Assembly: GCF_963921235.1 (NCBI RefSeq)
Contig: NC_086106.1
Span: 25,668,001-25,732,000 of the forward strand
Direction: 5' to 3'
Origin: Mobula hypostoma
Lineage: Eukaryota
Length of the DNA: 64,000 nt
Below, piece after piece: positions 26,701 to 38,830 of this stretch. The notes under the pieces are model-generated. The model had not been told where the DNA came from and did no database searches. It saw nothing but the letters and a program-made list of their open reading frames with translations. Numbering within the stretch: the stretch's first letter is position 1; the number at the start of each line of letters is the position of its first letter. The translations under genes were made by a program, and so were the position numbers.

Positions 26701-27225
26701 TACTTTTCCCCTTTGTACTTTTTGCTTCTACGCTCACTTTACACCCCTCTGTCTCTCTGCACTGGTTCCCATCCCTCTGTTGTGAACTAACCTCCTCACA
26801 CCTAGCCTCTTTAATTTGATTCCCACCCCCCAACCATTCTAGTTTAAAGTCACCTCAGTAGCCCGTGCTAATCTCCCTGCCAGGATATTGGTCCCCCTAG
26901 GATTTAAGTGTAACCCGTCCTTTTTGTACAGGTCACGCCTGCACCAATAGAGGTCCCAATGATCCAAAAACTTGAATCCCTGCCCCCTGCTCCAATCCCT
27001 CAGCCATGCATTTATCCTCCACCTCATCGCATTCCTACTCTCACTGTCGTGTGGCACAGGCAGTAATCCCGAGATTACTACCTTTGCGGTCCTTTTTTTC
27101 AACTCCCTTCCTAGCTCCCTATATTCTTCTTTCAGGACCTCATCCCTTTTCCTACCTATGTCATTGGTACCTATATGTACCAGGACCTCTGGCTCCTCAC
27201 CCTCCCACTTCAGGATATCTTGGAC
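23741..27225 (-). mobile_element. Young 5'-truncated CR1 LINE, 3.5 kb: ORF1 esterase C-terminus, ORF2 APE endonuclease and RT with few frameshifts
   Basis: ORF1 VLVHIGTNDIG...DGLHLN (SGNH-type); APE LCVNARSIRNK...GDFN; RT VYLDFQKAFD, FADDTKL; (CTATGTTT)n tail at 23741. Confidence 0.95.
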
Positions 27226-27638
27226 AGGTGTCCATTGCACAGCCGTACACGCCAGAGTCAGGGACAATAATTCCAGAGATATGTAAATGATCTGACTCTG
27301 ATTTGTGCATATCAGCTGTAAATCTCCCTGGACATTCTGAGGCCGCTCCAGTTTTCCTGAGCCATATACCTGAAGCAGTTGTTTAGGAGATTTTTGCGAC
27401 GCTACGTGTATCAAATGTGTTTGTATCAGTTCGTGTATAACTGCATTTCAGTGCTAAGATCTTACTTTCGCCAGCCGTTAATTTAGGAGCATCCTAATTC
27501 ACTGAATTGGACTCTCTTTTTCCTGCAATAAAAGGCAGAATGCAGAAACATACCTGACTTGCACTGAACTAATGTGGCACTCGCTGGTCATGTGTGCAGG
27601 ACGACGAATGTAATCAGTAAGAAACATAGGGAAATATA
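27226..27638 (-). pseudogene. TCR V pseudogene, family B (B1); RSS split by CR1 insertion
   Basis: V-like exon (acceptor at 27523-27525) ...KQLLQVYGSGKL... ending, in a second frame, DSGVYGCAMDT. The RSS spacer and nonamer (ACAAAATCC) sit 3.5 kb away at 23710-23740. Confidence 0.8.
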
Positions 27639-28129
27639 CTCTCAGCCTCGATAGGACGGCAAATTACTTCCTAGAATTTCTCACCAGAACAGATATTGTT
27701 AAGTGAGGTCGATTCAAAAGTGCGCTGTACGATGACCTGCTCAACGATTGGTCGATAAAACAGAACCGCGGCTATGTAAGCACGAATCAGAATCCGCTTC
27801 GTTGAATCCCCATTTTCCCTTTTCCCACACTATAAATCTCTATCACCCCCACTTTCCCTGTCCCCGCTCTCCCTCTCTCTCCACCTATTTATCTGTCTTT
27901 CTGTCTTGCTCTCCGTCTACCTTTCTCACTTTCGTGCTTTCTCCCTACTTTTTTTCGCTCTCTCACTCCGAATATCGATTTCTATTTGTCAATTTATCTA
28001 CCTTTTTGAACGCTCTATCAACTCACTCTCGCTTTCTTTGCCATTCATCCCTTGCACTCTCCTTTCTCACACCATGTCTGCCCATGGTAGTCATCATATC
28101 AGCAAGTAGTCCAAAAAGACGTCCGCAAA

Positions 28130-28232
28130 ATTATCACACACAGAATGCTGGTGGAACGGAGCAGGCCAGGCGGAATCTATAGGAAAAAAGTACGGTCGAC
28201 GTTTCGGGCCGATACTCTTCGGCAGGACTAAC
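28130..28232 (-). mobile_element. Short Penelope-like terminal fragment
   Basis: cacacagaatgctggtggaacggagcaggccagg...gtcgacgtttcgggccga, similar to 16965-17087. Confidence 0.6.
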
Positions 28233-28419
28233 AGAGTGCTAAAAACTGCACTTGAAACTCGAGGTATGAGCTTTCAACGTTGCATGTTCTCCTTTTGGAG
28301 ACAATGGAGTTGCCGGTGGGAGTAGAGAACATCGACTATATCTGATGCTGTCTGCCAGATGTGAAGACGGAGTCCAAACCACAGAGAGTGATTTCCGTGA
28401 TGTCTTCAGTTGCATGATG

Positions 28420-28690
28420 AATAGCATAGCGGTTTGCGCGACACTGTTAAAACTCGGATCTTCGGAGTTCAATGTTCACGTCTGGCGTTTGCAAGGCGTC
28501 TGGACGTACAATGGTTGCAATCATTGTTGATTGTTTTCTTCTTCTCCAAGTCCTTGAGTTTCCTCCCACAGTGCAAGTTAGGTTATTTGGTCATTGTAAG
28601 TTGACCGATGAATAGTTGGTATTAAATATGGGTTGTCAGGGTTTGCTACCGCGGTGCGAGTTAAAGGCATACTCTGTGCCGTATCGCGAA
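28420..28690 (+). mobile_element. tRNA-derived SINE (HE1-like), decayed; uninterrupted paralog of 7720-7857 + 13130-13260
   Basis: gcatagcggtt...ggagttcaat...ttcctcccacag...gttaggt..attggtcattgtaagttg body; further SINE-like copies near 34360-34560 and 63370-63600. Confidence 0.55.
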
Positions 28691-29979
28691 GAAAACAAGT
28701 AAATGAATATCCAAATATCGCGAAAATGTAATGTACAGTTCCCATTCGGGTACGTCTTCAAACGAAGAAGTGATGTTCAGTCTTGAAAACATATTGTCAC
28801 TGAGTGTTTCACTCTTATATCTAGTAGTTGTGTAACACCGGGGGTGTTTCCCTGGTTAAAGGATTCGTTGACACAAAGAACGGAGACTTTCTGAGCTCAA
28901 TCAGAATACGCTTTGTTTCCATTCGTCATTCTGTCCGTTTTTCCGTTTTTTCAAGGTCCCGCGTCCCGTTCCCCCAATCTCTCTCTCACTCTCTCTTCCT
29001 TAGTGTGCCCTTCTGCTTCCGCCACGTGTTCTCTGCAAACTCACAGCATATTCACATAGTTCTCGATGTGTAACCTAAAACAATTCAGACTCGATCTAAT
29101 GCCAGATTACATCCAAAAAGTTAATACCACAGATTTGCGAGAATGATGTGAGATACGCTTCACCGTTCACTTCTTGTAAACCTGCTTAAATTTCTCTGCT
29201 AATTGAAAGTGGAACCGGGCAATTATGAGCAGAGCCTATTTAGCCACCGATCTGAATGAAAACGCTACGTCTCCGTTTATTAATCATTCTCTCTAATATT
29301 ATTCGATTTGTCTTTCTCAGCCGTCCCTTCTTCGTTCTACTTCAATTGACCGTTCCTTTCTAGCAAAGCATCTTCTTCTTGTTCTCTCTTTCGTTACTCT
29401 GCGATTATTCTTCGCGGTGTCTCTCAATCGTTCTGTGTCTGCCTCTCTGTTTCAATCTGCAATTTTTCTAATTCTTCAATTTCACTAGTTGTCGGAACAT
29501 CTTTTATTCCATTGCCAGTCCACTCGGTATTCATTTTCAATCCTAAAAATAAACATCCATTTAACTCCACTTTTTAGGAATGTAATGCCAATGGACTCCG
29601 CCTAAAACGTTTCTTAATCAGAAGCATATAGCGTGATAGCTAATTCGATGCTATCTAATCATATACATCCTCATTCATCTTCATTGTTAATTCCCCGGAG
29701 TGATGAAATTGATATCCAGCAAAAAAAAAATAACCACACGATATTGTTATAAGCATGAGAGAGAGACATGGACACCGAGATATACTTGACATGAATATAC
29801 CTGGGGAAAGCTGAATTCAAGACGTGTTCCACAAGATCGGGGGCATTTTGCTGCTGAATGCAGCGTTTTATGTCGACCACGTGATCCTCATGCATTGCGC
29901 GTAGAGCTCTTCCAGGTTACCAGCAACAGTCGCCCTCTACTGATCACACAAGACTGAATTTTGTCCTCACTGCAATAAT

Positions 29980-30410
29980 TCATGGTGTATTGCACAGTGG
30001 TATACGCCAGAGTCAGAGACAACACCTCCGGAGATATTTAAACGAGCTGACTCTGCGTTTGTGCATATCAGCTGTAAACCTCGCTGGACATTTTGGAGGC
30101 CGTTCCAGTTCTCCTGAGCCACATACCTTCAGCAGTTTTATTGGAGGTTTTCCGTCATGCTGAGTGTATCAAAATGTTTTCATTAGTTCGAGTGGATTTG
30201 CAGTTCAGTGTTATGATCTGACATTGGTCAACCAGTAATTTAGGAACATCCAGGATCACTGAATTGTTCCCCCTCGTTCCTACAATGAAGGACAAAATGC
30301 AGAAATATCCCTGACTTGCACTGAACTCACGTCGCACTCGCTGGTCATTTGTGCAGCGACTTACCTGTCAGGATGGCGAATGCAAACAATAAGAAACAGA
30401 GGGAAAACAT
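29980..30410 (-). pseudogene. TCR V pseudogene, family B (B2): leader 30365-30410
   Basis: Leader MFSLCFLLFAFAILT(G) with GTAAGT donor; GTRGNNSVILDVPKLLVDQCQIITLNCKST..., frameshift at the Trp; ends SDSGVYHCAIH. RSS spacer shortened by deletion. Confidence 0.82.
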
Positions 30411-31145
30411 ACTGTTTAGCTTCAGCCTCGACAAGACGTCAAATTTCTTCCGTGAAGTTATTACCATGGCAGTTATTCGAGAGTAAAATTGTATCAAAAG
30501 TAGATTTCATGGTGCCGTGCACAATAATTGGTAGATAAAGGAGTACCGAGGGTATATGAGCACGAGACAGAATCCGCTGTCATTGAATTCCCCATTTTGG
30601 ACTTTTCTCTCTGTCTCTCTGTCTCTCTGTCTCTCTCTGTCCTCTATGACTCTCATTTTCTCTCCTCTCTCTCCACTCCTTTTCTCTCTCCAACTATTTA
30701 TATATTTCTCACTTTCTCGCTCTTTATATTCTTTTCTCTTTCTCACTCTCTTTCTGTTGCTCTCCGGCCGAACATTGATTTCTATTTTTCAATTGTTCTG
30801 CCTCCCTTGTTCGTCCTATCAACACCCTCGCTGTCTTTGACATTCTGCCGCTGCTCTCTCCCATCTCACATCATGTCACTCCATGCGAAACAACGTATTA
30901 CTCAGTCATCCGCAACATTATGACTTTTTGTTGTTCATGTTAACTAATTTATCATCACCCTTTAAAAATTTTGTCGAAATACCATTTAATCGTTCAGCAT
31001 CCCGCTGGATAATCCTTGTACATAGCACACCAAATATGTACTCCCTTGGACCACCTGGGATTAGATGTTGAAGGGATACAGAAGGCACCTGTTAGAGCAA
31101 GTAAACACTGCCAATACTCAGGTGTCAGGATCCTGTATCGCTGTG

Positions 31146-31420
31146 GAACTTTGAGTGATGAACTGCGCAAAGCTATTTGGTGGAGTCCGGCACAATGCCT
31201 CCGAACATAATTAAGGGGAACAACTGCCATTTTTGTTCCGAGACCCGAAATACTGACCGGACTGTCTTCGCGTACAACAATATCTCCATCATGAATATTT
31301 TCGTTGGTTTTCCAGAATATTGAAAGCACAACAAATAGGCTCTGCCAGGTACCAATTAGCTGCTGCTCAGTGACACAGTAGCCCCTGCCACGGTCATAAA
31401 ATTCCTCCTTTTGGGGTTTA
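31146..31420 (-). pseudogene. Highly decayed V-like segment, family C (C1)
   Basis: After a CAG acceptor: DFINPKRRNFMTVAGATVSLSSS*LVPGRAYLLCFQYSGKP...IVPDSTK*LCAVHHS. TCR V-like FR1, FR2 and FR3 pattern with the first Cys and the Trp mutated. Confidence 0.55.
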
Positions 31421-32521
31421 TAAAATCTGCCCTACTCTTCCTTGGAGCTAGCCACAAATGTATGAGGGGCGCCAGAATGCAGTGAACCTACAGGAGATGC
31501 TCCGACCGATTATACAGATTCAGTACATGCTCTGACCGATTGTATAAAAGTAATGGATACAAGAAATTTAGTACGTGGATGTAGTGGGAATATGGTACAT
31601 TGAATAAAGTAAACAGAGGATGATTTGAAGATGTTCCTCCGATAAAAGTATTTCAAGTGAGGACAAGCAACACCTTCTGGGAGACTCGGCGCTTTCGTTT
31701 CGAAGCACATGTGGCTATTATTTCTTAGTACATTATAGCAACCATAAGAATAGACTGGAGTTAATTGACTCCCCCTACCACCACCACCATCCACACCTCG
31801 CTCTCGATCTCGCCCACTCTCTTCGCCCTCATTCCCTTCGCTGTCGTTTTCTCTCCCTTTTTGTCTTTCTCCCTCAGTCTGGTCTCTCTGTCTCTGTCTC
31901 AATCCATCGCTTTTGCCTTCGCCTCCCTCCGTCATCCTCCTATTCGTCACCTGCTGTTTCTCACTGTCACTGTGAGAGTTAAAGGAGGAGTTAAATTACT
32001 GTTACACTCGATATCTGTATTCTCTATCACGCTAAACATTCGCAGGTTCTGTCGCGTTATCTAAATCCTCAGTATAAACAATAAGTAGCTGTTGCAACCA
32101 CCTTAATATGAGTGCCAAGCTACTTGCAATTCTGTGTCATTCAGAAGACCCCTGATTTCTGCACTTTGTGTGTTCCTTTTTCAGGCATTATCCAGTTTAA
32201 ATATATCCCGCTAATACTCCATGCTCATTATGTCTCACTGCTGACACTCGAATCAAGTGGCCAAAGGCAATGTCAAGTAAGGTTGTCAACATTGGTATGC
32301 CGTTGCAGCAAAACGAACATGCGAGAAAGCACACTGCGGTATCCGGAAAAATGCGTTTTGAAATTCCAGTTTAAAAGCGCATTGTAGTCAAGACCTGTTC
32401 CATTAGATTCGACTACTTGCATTGCTGATTGTAGCGCGCTTAAGTAGGACAGATTAGCATGGCTGCTTTCCAGGTGCCACCTTCCAGTTTCTCGGAAAGA
32501 AAGCGCCCTCCTGTGAGAGAT

Positions 32522-33640
32522 TTTAGCATCATCATCATCATCATCAAGTGCCATGCTCATTTTGAGCTTTGACTGCTATGGCCCACATGCTCCTGCTTCG
32601 GGCCAAGTGCATCAATTCATTGATATTCATTACCAGTTCTCTGGCTGCTCTATCCATCATCGTTTGTCTTTGTTTCCTTTTGCTTTCTTCCCTTCAATGT
32701 TTCCCATAATTACCGTGCATTCTAACTCCTCTTTCATAATCAAATGTCCAATGAAGTTTCTTGAGTTCGCGCAACGGAAGGCAATAGCAAACCACCGTTG
32801 CTAGATACTAGGTTTCCAAGAATCTATTTGCTAAGAAACCCACGTCCAAACTCGCAAAACGTTTAGCACAACAGCAGCGTCAAGACGATCTTCAAGACAA
32901 TTCTGAAGATGTTTCGCTCTGTAGGGTTAACTCTGGGCAGCAGGGGTTCCCGACCGTCATCAAACTCCAGCTCATAAAAATCAGGTAACACAAAAGAAAA
33001 TTATTGCCACTTGGAACGTAAGAACACTACATCAAGCAGGAAGATTGGGCAATGTGATAAATGAAATAGAAAGACCAAAAATTACCATCATGGAAATTAG
33101 CGGATTTGGCTGGACAGGTGCTGGAGCATATCAGCATAGAAATAAATTACTCCTTTGTTCTTGTGGAATATTCCATACTAATTGAGTAGGATTTTTTATG
33201 GGTGATAACATGGCAAAAAGAGTTTTAGGACATTGGGTGATATCAGAAAGAGTGCTTATTGTTAGATTCGGAGGACAACCATTTGATTTAACAGATATAC
33301 AGGTATATGCACCAACAACAGATGGAACGAATGAGGGTATAGTTAATTTCTATGAAGAGCTTGAACAAGCAAAGAATGGAAGCAAATCTCAAGATATTGT
33401 TACTGTCATGGGAGATCGAAATGCTGAAATAGGACAAGGTGCTGATGGAGATACCATAGGAAAATTTGGTCGAGCGGAAAGAAATGAAAGAGGCGAGAAA
33501 TGGGTGGAACGGTGCTAGATGAATAATCAGGTCATTATGAATACCTACTTTAAAAACCATCCAAGACCCCTGTGGACCTGGAAAAGTCCAAGTGATAGCA
33601 CCAGAAATCAAATTGACTTTTTTTTGCATTATACAGGACA
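32522..33640. mobile_element. RTE-clade LINE fragments: minus-strand 3' end with (CAT)n tail at 32522-32800, plus-strand APE fragment ~32900-33640
   Basis: ORF 33198-33518 ISERVLIVRF...IQVYAPTTDG...FYEELEQ...GKFG...NERGE is an RTE-type endonuclease. Confidence 0.75.
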
Positions 33641-34699
33641 GTTTTATACAGATGCAGATACATGAAAGAGCTCAACACAAAAGCTTCATGGATATGTAAT
33701 TTAGCTGTCTAGATACCTTTCTACAAACGTGTGGTAATGCTAAAGACTAACTATGACATCAAGATAGCGACTACTATCTCCTCTATCGCGATATCAGTCT
33801 CTCCCTTGTTAATGTGAAATAGAGAGAATATCTGTGGGACGACGAAATGTTGGAGTACATAGCTACTTTTCGTTGTATTGTAGACCAATCCTCTCCTTGT
33901 GTCTTTGCGGTTGCTTCGACGGTAGTTAGTGGTAGAAATGCTGATGTTTTATGCGGGAATGAGTGGTAGAGGTAGAAGTGGGTTAGGTTACTGCTGCTTG
34001 CCGCTGATTGTGCGAGGGAGGCGGCAGCAGGACGTTCAGGTTCTTAACTTATTTTTCTGACATTGATGCTTTGGGTTTCTGTTCTGTTTTAAGGATGTAT
34101 GTGGAGACTACAATTTTCAGGTTGTGCATTGTGTACATTCACTGATATTAAACGCAACCATTCATGAATGCTGCACATTCTTTTTGCTGTACCCTGGTAC
34201 ATCTGACAGCAACAACATATATATAATAAACATAAACCAGTTTGAGTTAAATGTAAGTGTCTACAAAGTGAAAGGATGTATCGGCCTCTCCTTCATTAGT
34301 TCATGGAATATCGGCTGAGCAGGAACGTGGAGATGGTGGTGGACTACAGAGTGCCTATCGTGGCACCCTCACGGTATCGTGTGTCATGTCACCAGGGATC
34401 CGGTTCAACTCCTATATTTGATGCCTTCAGCAGATATTTATGTGCTTAGTTTCCACGTTGCCCATGTTGCCATGTTTTCCGATGCATGCTAAACACGATC
34501 TAGATAGCATGTGCTCGTCATGAGAGAATCACTGAGGGTACATGTTACGAGTAACGTGCGAAAATTCGACAGACAAATGAATTGATGATAAGACCATAAC
34601 ACATAGGAACTGAATTAAGCCATTTAGCCTTTCGTGTCTGCTCCACCATTTCGGCCTAGACAGTGTGCTAATGGAATTATTCCATACAGGATATATATA

Positions 34700-36306
34700 C
34701 AGTGGCATGCAAAATTTTGGGCACCCAGGTCAAAATTTCTGTTACTGTGAGTCGCTGAGCAGGTAAAAGATGCCCCTGATTCTAAAAGGCAGGAAGTTAA
34801 AGATGACATATTTCTTTAATATTTTAAGCAAGGTTATTTTTTTTAATTTCCATCTTCTACAGTTTCAAAATAACTAAAACAGGAAAACGGCCGGAAGCAA
34901 AACTGTGGGCACCCTGCATGGTCAGTACTTAATAATACCCCTCTTTGGCAAGTATCACAGCTTGTAAACGCTTTTTGTAGACAGCGAAGAGTCTTTCAAT
35001 TCTTGTTTGGTGGATTTTCGCCTAATCCTTCCTTGCAAAAGGCTTCTAGTTCTGTAAGATTGTTGGGTCGTCTTGCATGCAGTACTCTTTCGTGATCTAT
35101 CCACAGATTTTCGAAAATGTTCGGGCCGGGCGACTGTGAGGGCTATGGCAAAACTTCAGCTTCTGCCTCTTGAGGTAGTCCATTGTGGATTTTGAGGTGT
35201 GTTTAGTATCATTATGGTGTTTTGGAAACCATCCTCTTTTTATCTTCAATTATTTTTGCAGACGGTGTGATGTTTGCTTCCAGAATTTGCTGGTAGTTAA
35301 TTGAACTAATTCTTACCGCTACCAGTGAAATTTACGCTGTGCCACTGGCTGCAACACAAGCCCAAAGCATGATCGATCCAACCTCGTGCTTAAGAGTTAC
35401 AGAGGTGTATTTTTTTCATGAAACTCTGCACCTTTTTTTTCAAACATACGGCCAAAAAGTTCTATTTTAACTTCATCAGTCCAGAGGGCTTGTTTCCAAA
35501 ATGCATCAGGCTTGTATAGATGTTCCTTTGCAAACGTCTGACGCTGTATTTTGCGGTGAGGACGGAGGAAAGGTTTTCTTCTAACGACTCTTCCATGAAG
35601 GGCATATTTGTGCAGGTGTCACAGCAGAGCAGTGCACCACCACTCAAGTGTCTGCTAAATCTTCCCGAAGGTCTATTGCAGTCAAACTGGGGTTTTGATT
35701 TACCTTTCTAGCAACCCTAGGAGCAGTTCCCTCGGAAAGTTTTCTTGAACTTCCACACCTCAACTTGAACTCCACCGTTCCAGTTAACTACCATTTCTTA
35801 ATTACATTACGAACTAAGTAAACTGCTACCTAAAAACGCTTTATTATCTTCTTATAGCCTTCTCCTGCTTTGTGGGCAGCATTTATTTTAATTTTCAGTG
35901 TGCGAGGCAGCTGCTGAGAGGAGCCCATTGCTGCTGATTGTTGGGACAAGGTTTGAGGAGTCAAGGTATTTATAGAGCTATGAAATTTCCATCACCTGGC
36001 CTTTCCTAACGATGATTGTGAACAAGACATAACCCTAACAAGCTAATTAAGGTCTGACACCTTGGTAAAAGTTGCCTGAGATCTCAAATCCCTTGGGGTG
36101 CCCAAACTTTTGCATTGTGCTCCAATCTTCTTCTCACTCTTAAATTGTACAAAACAAAAATAATACGCTAATTTTGCTTAAATATTGAAAAGAATGTTTC
36201 ATCTTTAAATTTATGAGTCATGGAGCTCAGTTCATCTTCTATTCACTTAACAATTAACAGTAACAGAAATTTTGGCCAGGGGTGCCCAAACTTTTGCATG
36301 CCAAAG
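34700..36306 (-). mobile_element. Tc1/mariner DNA transposon, decayed transposase
   Basis: TA-flanked TIRs CAGTGGCATGCAAAATTTTGGGCACCC...AAAATTTCTGTTACTG and reverse complement at ~36256-36306; 1.6 kb; transposase remnants on the minus strand. Confidence 0.85.
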
Positions 36307-37453
36307 TAATTAAAATGAGAGTCTCAAAAAGTCGAAATATACCTTTGGAAACAGATGCTATCAGTTTGTGCTCCTTTGACAGTAACCGGACGTTCTCTCA
36401 CTTTGTTTCTTCCATCGGTGGGAAGACACAAAGGTCTAAAAGCACGTTCTAATCTGCAAGACAATAGATTATACCCTTCTGTAAGAGTATCGAACTGTAG
36501 CTTGAAATTGAATCTTAATTCCATCTACCTCGGTATGACCTTGTTCTTTATCTCCGGCTTGAGCTGCATCTTGTACGTCTGTCACTTTATTTTTTGCTTA
36601 CTATTTGTGTTTTACTTTGTACTACCTCGATAAGCAGTGCATTGAATTTATCTGTAAAAACCGAATCAATGCAGTCATGCCACAATAATAAACAAATTCC
36701 GTTCCGAATTTCGATATGTCGCAAATGAAAGACGTGGGGATAACATGGGATCTGTTAAATCCGGTTGGCAAACCATATTATACAAGATATCACTCATTTG
36801 TGATCCCATTCCCTCTCTCCCCCTCTGGCTCTTTTTTATACTAAAAATGCCGTCATTATGAATCTCGATTTAGTATGCAGTCCCATACAACGATATTAAT
36901 CATAAATATACTTTAAACATTGAAGCTACTACTCACAGATCTGGAATGCAACGACCAAAGTAAAATCTGCATTCTCTATCACGTTAAACATCGACAGGTT
37001 CAGTCGTATTATCTAAATACTCAGCATAAATCATAAGTATCTGTTGCAATATCTTGAGTTTCAGTAGCATGCCACTTGCGATTCCTTTTCAATTCGAAAA
37101 CCAGCAATTTCCCCATCCTCTGGGATTTTTTAGTCAGCCATTATGCAATTTAAACATATACAGTTTTAACGCCGTGTAAATTATTTCTCCTTGCAGACAC
37201 AAGAACAGAGTGGCCAAAGACAACGTCAGTCAAGGCTGGCAATCATGAGCTGCCTTTCCCATAAAAGAATGTCTGTGAATACACATTGCGTTTTCCCGGA
37301 AATGCAATGTAAATTTCCAGTTTGGGCACGCCTTGTAATTAGCAACGTTTCCTTTAGCTTCGGCACCTTCTGCTGCTGATGGCAACGCCCTTAATTAGAG
37401 CACGTGGCTATAGTTGATTTCTGGGTACGCCCCTTTCAGATTCTCTGCAAAAA

Positions 37454-37468
37454 GGCGCCCTCCAGTGA
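37454..37468 (-). promoter_or_regulatory. Candidate CTCF-binding element 23 bp beyond the A2 RSS nonamer
   Basis: Minus strand TCACTGGAGGGCGCC vs CTCF core CCAC[C/T]AG[A/G]GGGCGC. Confidence 0.6.
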
Positions 37469-37491
37469 GAGTTTTTGCATCACACATGATC

Positions 37492-37530
37492 AGTTTTTGT
37501 CAGAACCCGCCGTCCCCATACAACAGTGTG
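37492..37530 (-). other. 23-RSS of V A2
   Basis: Minus strand: heptamer CACACTG, 23-nt spacer TTGTATGGGGACGGCGGGTTCTG, nonamer ACAAAAACT. Confidence 0.92.
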
Positions 37531-37963
37531 GTACTCATTGCACAGAAATACATGCCAGTGTCCGACACAAGAGCTTCAGTGATATTTAATTGAGCCATCT
37601 TGCTGCCTTTATGCAAAGCAGCGTTTAATTTCACTGGGCAATCTGGATGACGATCCATTCCTCCTGTGCTATATAATTTCAGCAAGTACTTTGGAGGTCC
37701 GCCACTATGTTGAATGTACCAAAAGATATTTGCGTCAGCGTAAGTGTAATTACAGTTCAGTGTTATGGTCTGTCCTTCCTTAGCCGTTAGGTCGGAAGGA
37801 TCCTGCGTCACTGAATCTTTCCCACTCGTTCCTGCAAAAAAAAGACACATTACGTCAACATTGCTAGCGTGCATTCAACGCGAGGGAAATTCACTGACCT
37901 ACTTCTGAGTGACTCACCAGGCAGCACAGCCAATGTAATCAGTAATGAACAGAGGGAAATCAT
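37531..37963 (-). CDS. TCR alpha/delta-type V gene segment (family A, copy A2), apparently functional: leader exon 37918-37963, intron 37832-37917, V exon 37531-37831
   Basis: 46-nt leader MISLCSLLITLAVLP(G) with GTGAGT donor and CAG acceptor. Open V exon GTSGKDSVTQDPSDLTAKEGQTITLNCNYTYADANIFWYIQHSGGPPKYLLKLYSTGGMDRHPDCPVKLNAALHKGSKMAQLNITEALVSDTGMYFCAMS with canonical Cys, Trp (WYxQ) and YxC, followed directly by a 23-RSS. Alpha/delta assignment is inferred from motif style and the absence of interspersed D/J. Confidence 0.88.
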
Positions 37964-38689
37964 GGTGTCCAATATCTGGCTGGGTTGAGCAGCAGATTGC
38001 TTCTGGGCAGGTATCACTTAACGGATATTGTGGTGTGAGATCGTTTAAGCGATACATTTCACTTTGTATAAATCCAGGGGGCGTTTCCCTGGTTAAAGGA
38101 TTGGCTGACAGAAAGAACCGAGCCTTTCAGATCGCCAATCCGAATCTGCTTTGTTTCCATTCGTCATTCTGCCTACTTCTCCGCTCTTTCAATGTCCCGA
38201 GTTCATCCCCCCACCCCCGCTGCATATTCACATATTTATCAATGTGTAATCCAATACAATTAAGACTTTTGACGTGTTCGCTTTTTTTTTCAAAACCGAC
38301 TGTATCTCGCTGGAAGTAGTTGATCTATTTGTTTATTTATTTATTTTGTTAGTTAGTTATTTGAAGATATATCCAGCAGAAGGCCCTTAAGAAAATATGT
38401 TTCAATCTTCCAGTATTGAAATAGTTATTCAAATGTCAGCAAGTTTTATTCCCCAACCTTTATTTGCTGTTAGGGAGCCAATCTCCTATCGACGCCAATA
38501 AACTCCTAACAGCACACTCTGTGTAGCGACCACTTTCTTCTTTAAATAACTCACATGTGGCATTCCCCTTGTAATTTCCTCCAATCGTCCTATAATATCG
38601 TCCTCTAATATGTGCCATTTCTATCCTTAGGTCAAAGTGTTAGTTGTCCACGTTACCTATGCGGGTGTGTAAGTGAAATTTAGCATTAC

Positions 38690-38830
38690 GATTCATTAAC
38701 TTTTAATTGTCGATGAGAAAAGATAAATCTTTCCCACACGATTCTATGACAAGACAAAATGATGAAGATCCAGTGCTCGCATTGCACCTGCGAGACACCC
38801 ACTGACAATCTGTGCAAATATTCGCTGGAC
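38690..38830 (-). pseudogene. Family D V relic, copy 2 (partial)
   Basis: Paralogous to 22620-22760 (aaatctttcccacacgattctatgacaagacaaaat...gagacacccactgac). Confidence 0.45.

Noticed and set aside
26839-27414. 191-aa ORF fusing V B1 to the CR1 ORF1 esterase as a novel chimeric gene
   Set aside because: The V portion runs out of the Ig frame before the junction, the leader is destroyed and the fusion is explained by the LINE insertion.
30507-30923. Low-complexity ORFs rich in Ser/Leu/Phe or Arg/Glu (also 31510-32064, 40486-40875, 58902-59323, 60018-60351)
   Set aside because: Translations of CT/GA-rich microsatellite tracts.
37531-37963. NAR-TCR supporting V-delta, IgNAR V or IgH V
   Set aside because: It has its own leader and promoter, no D/J segments lie between V genes, and the FR motifs are not IgH-like (no WVRQ/YYCAR).
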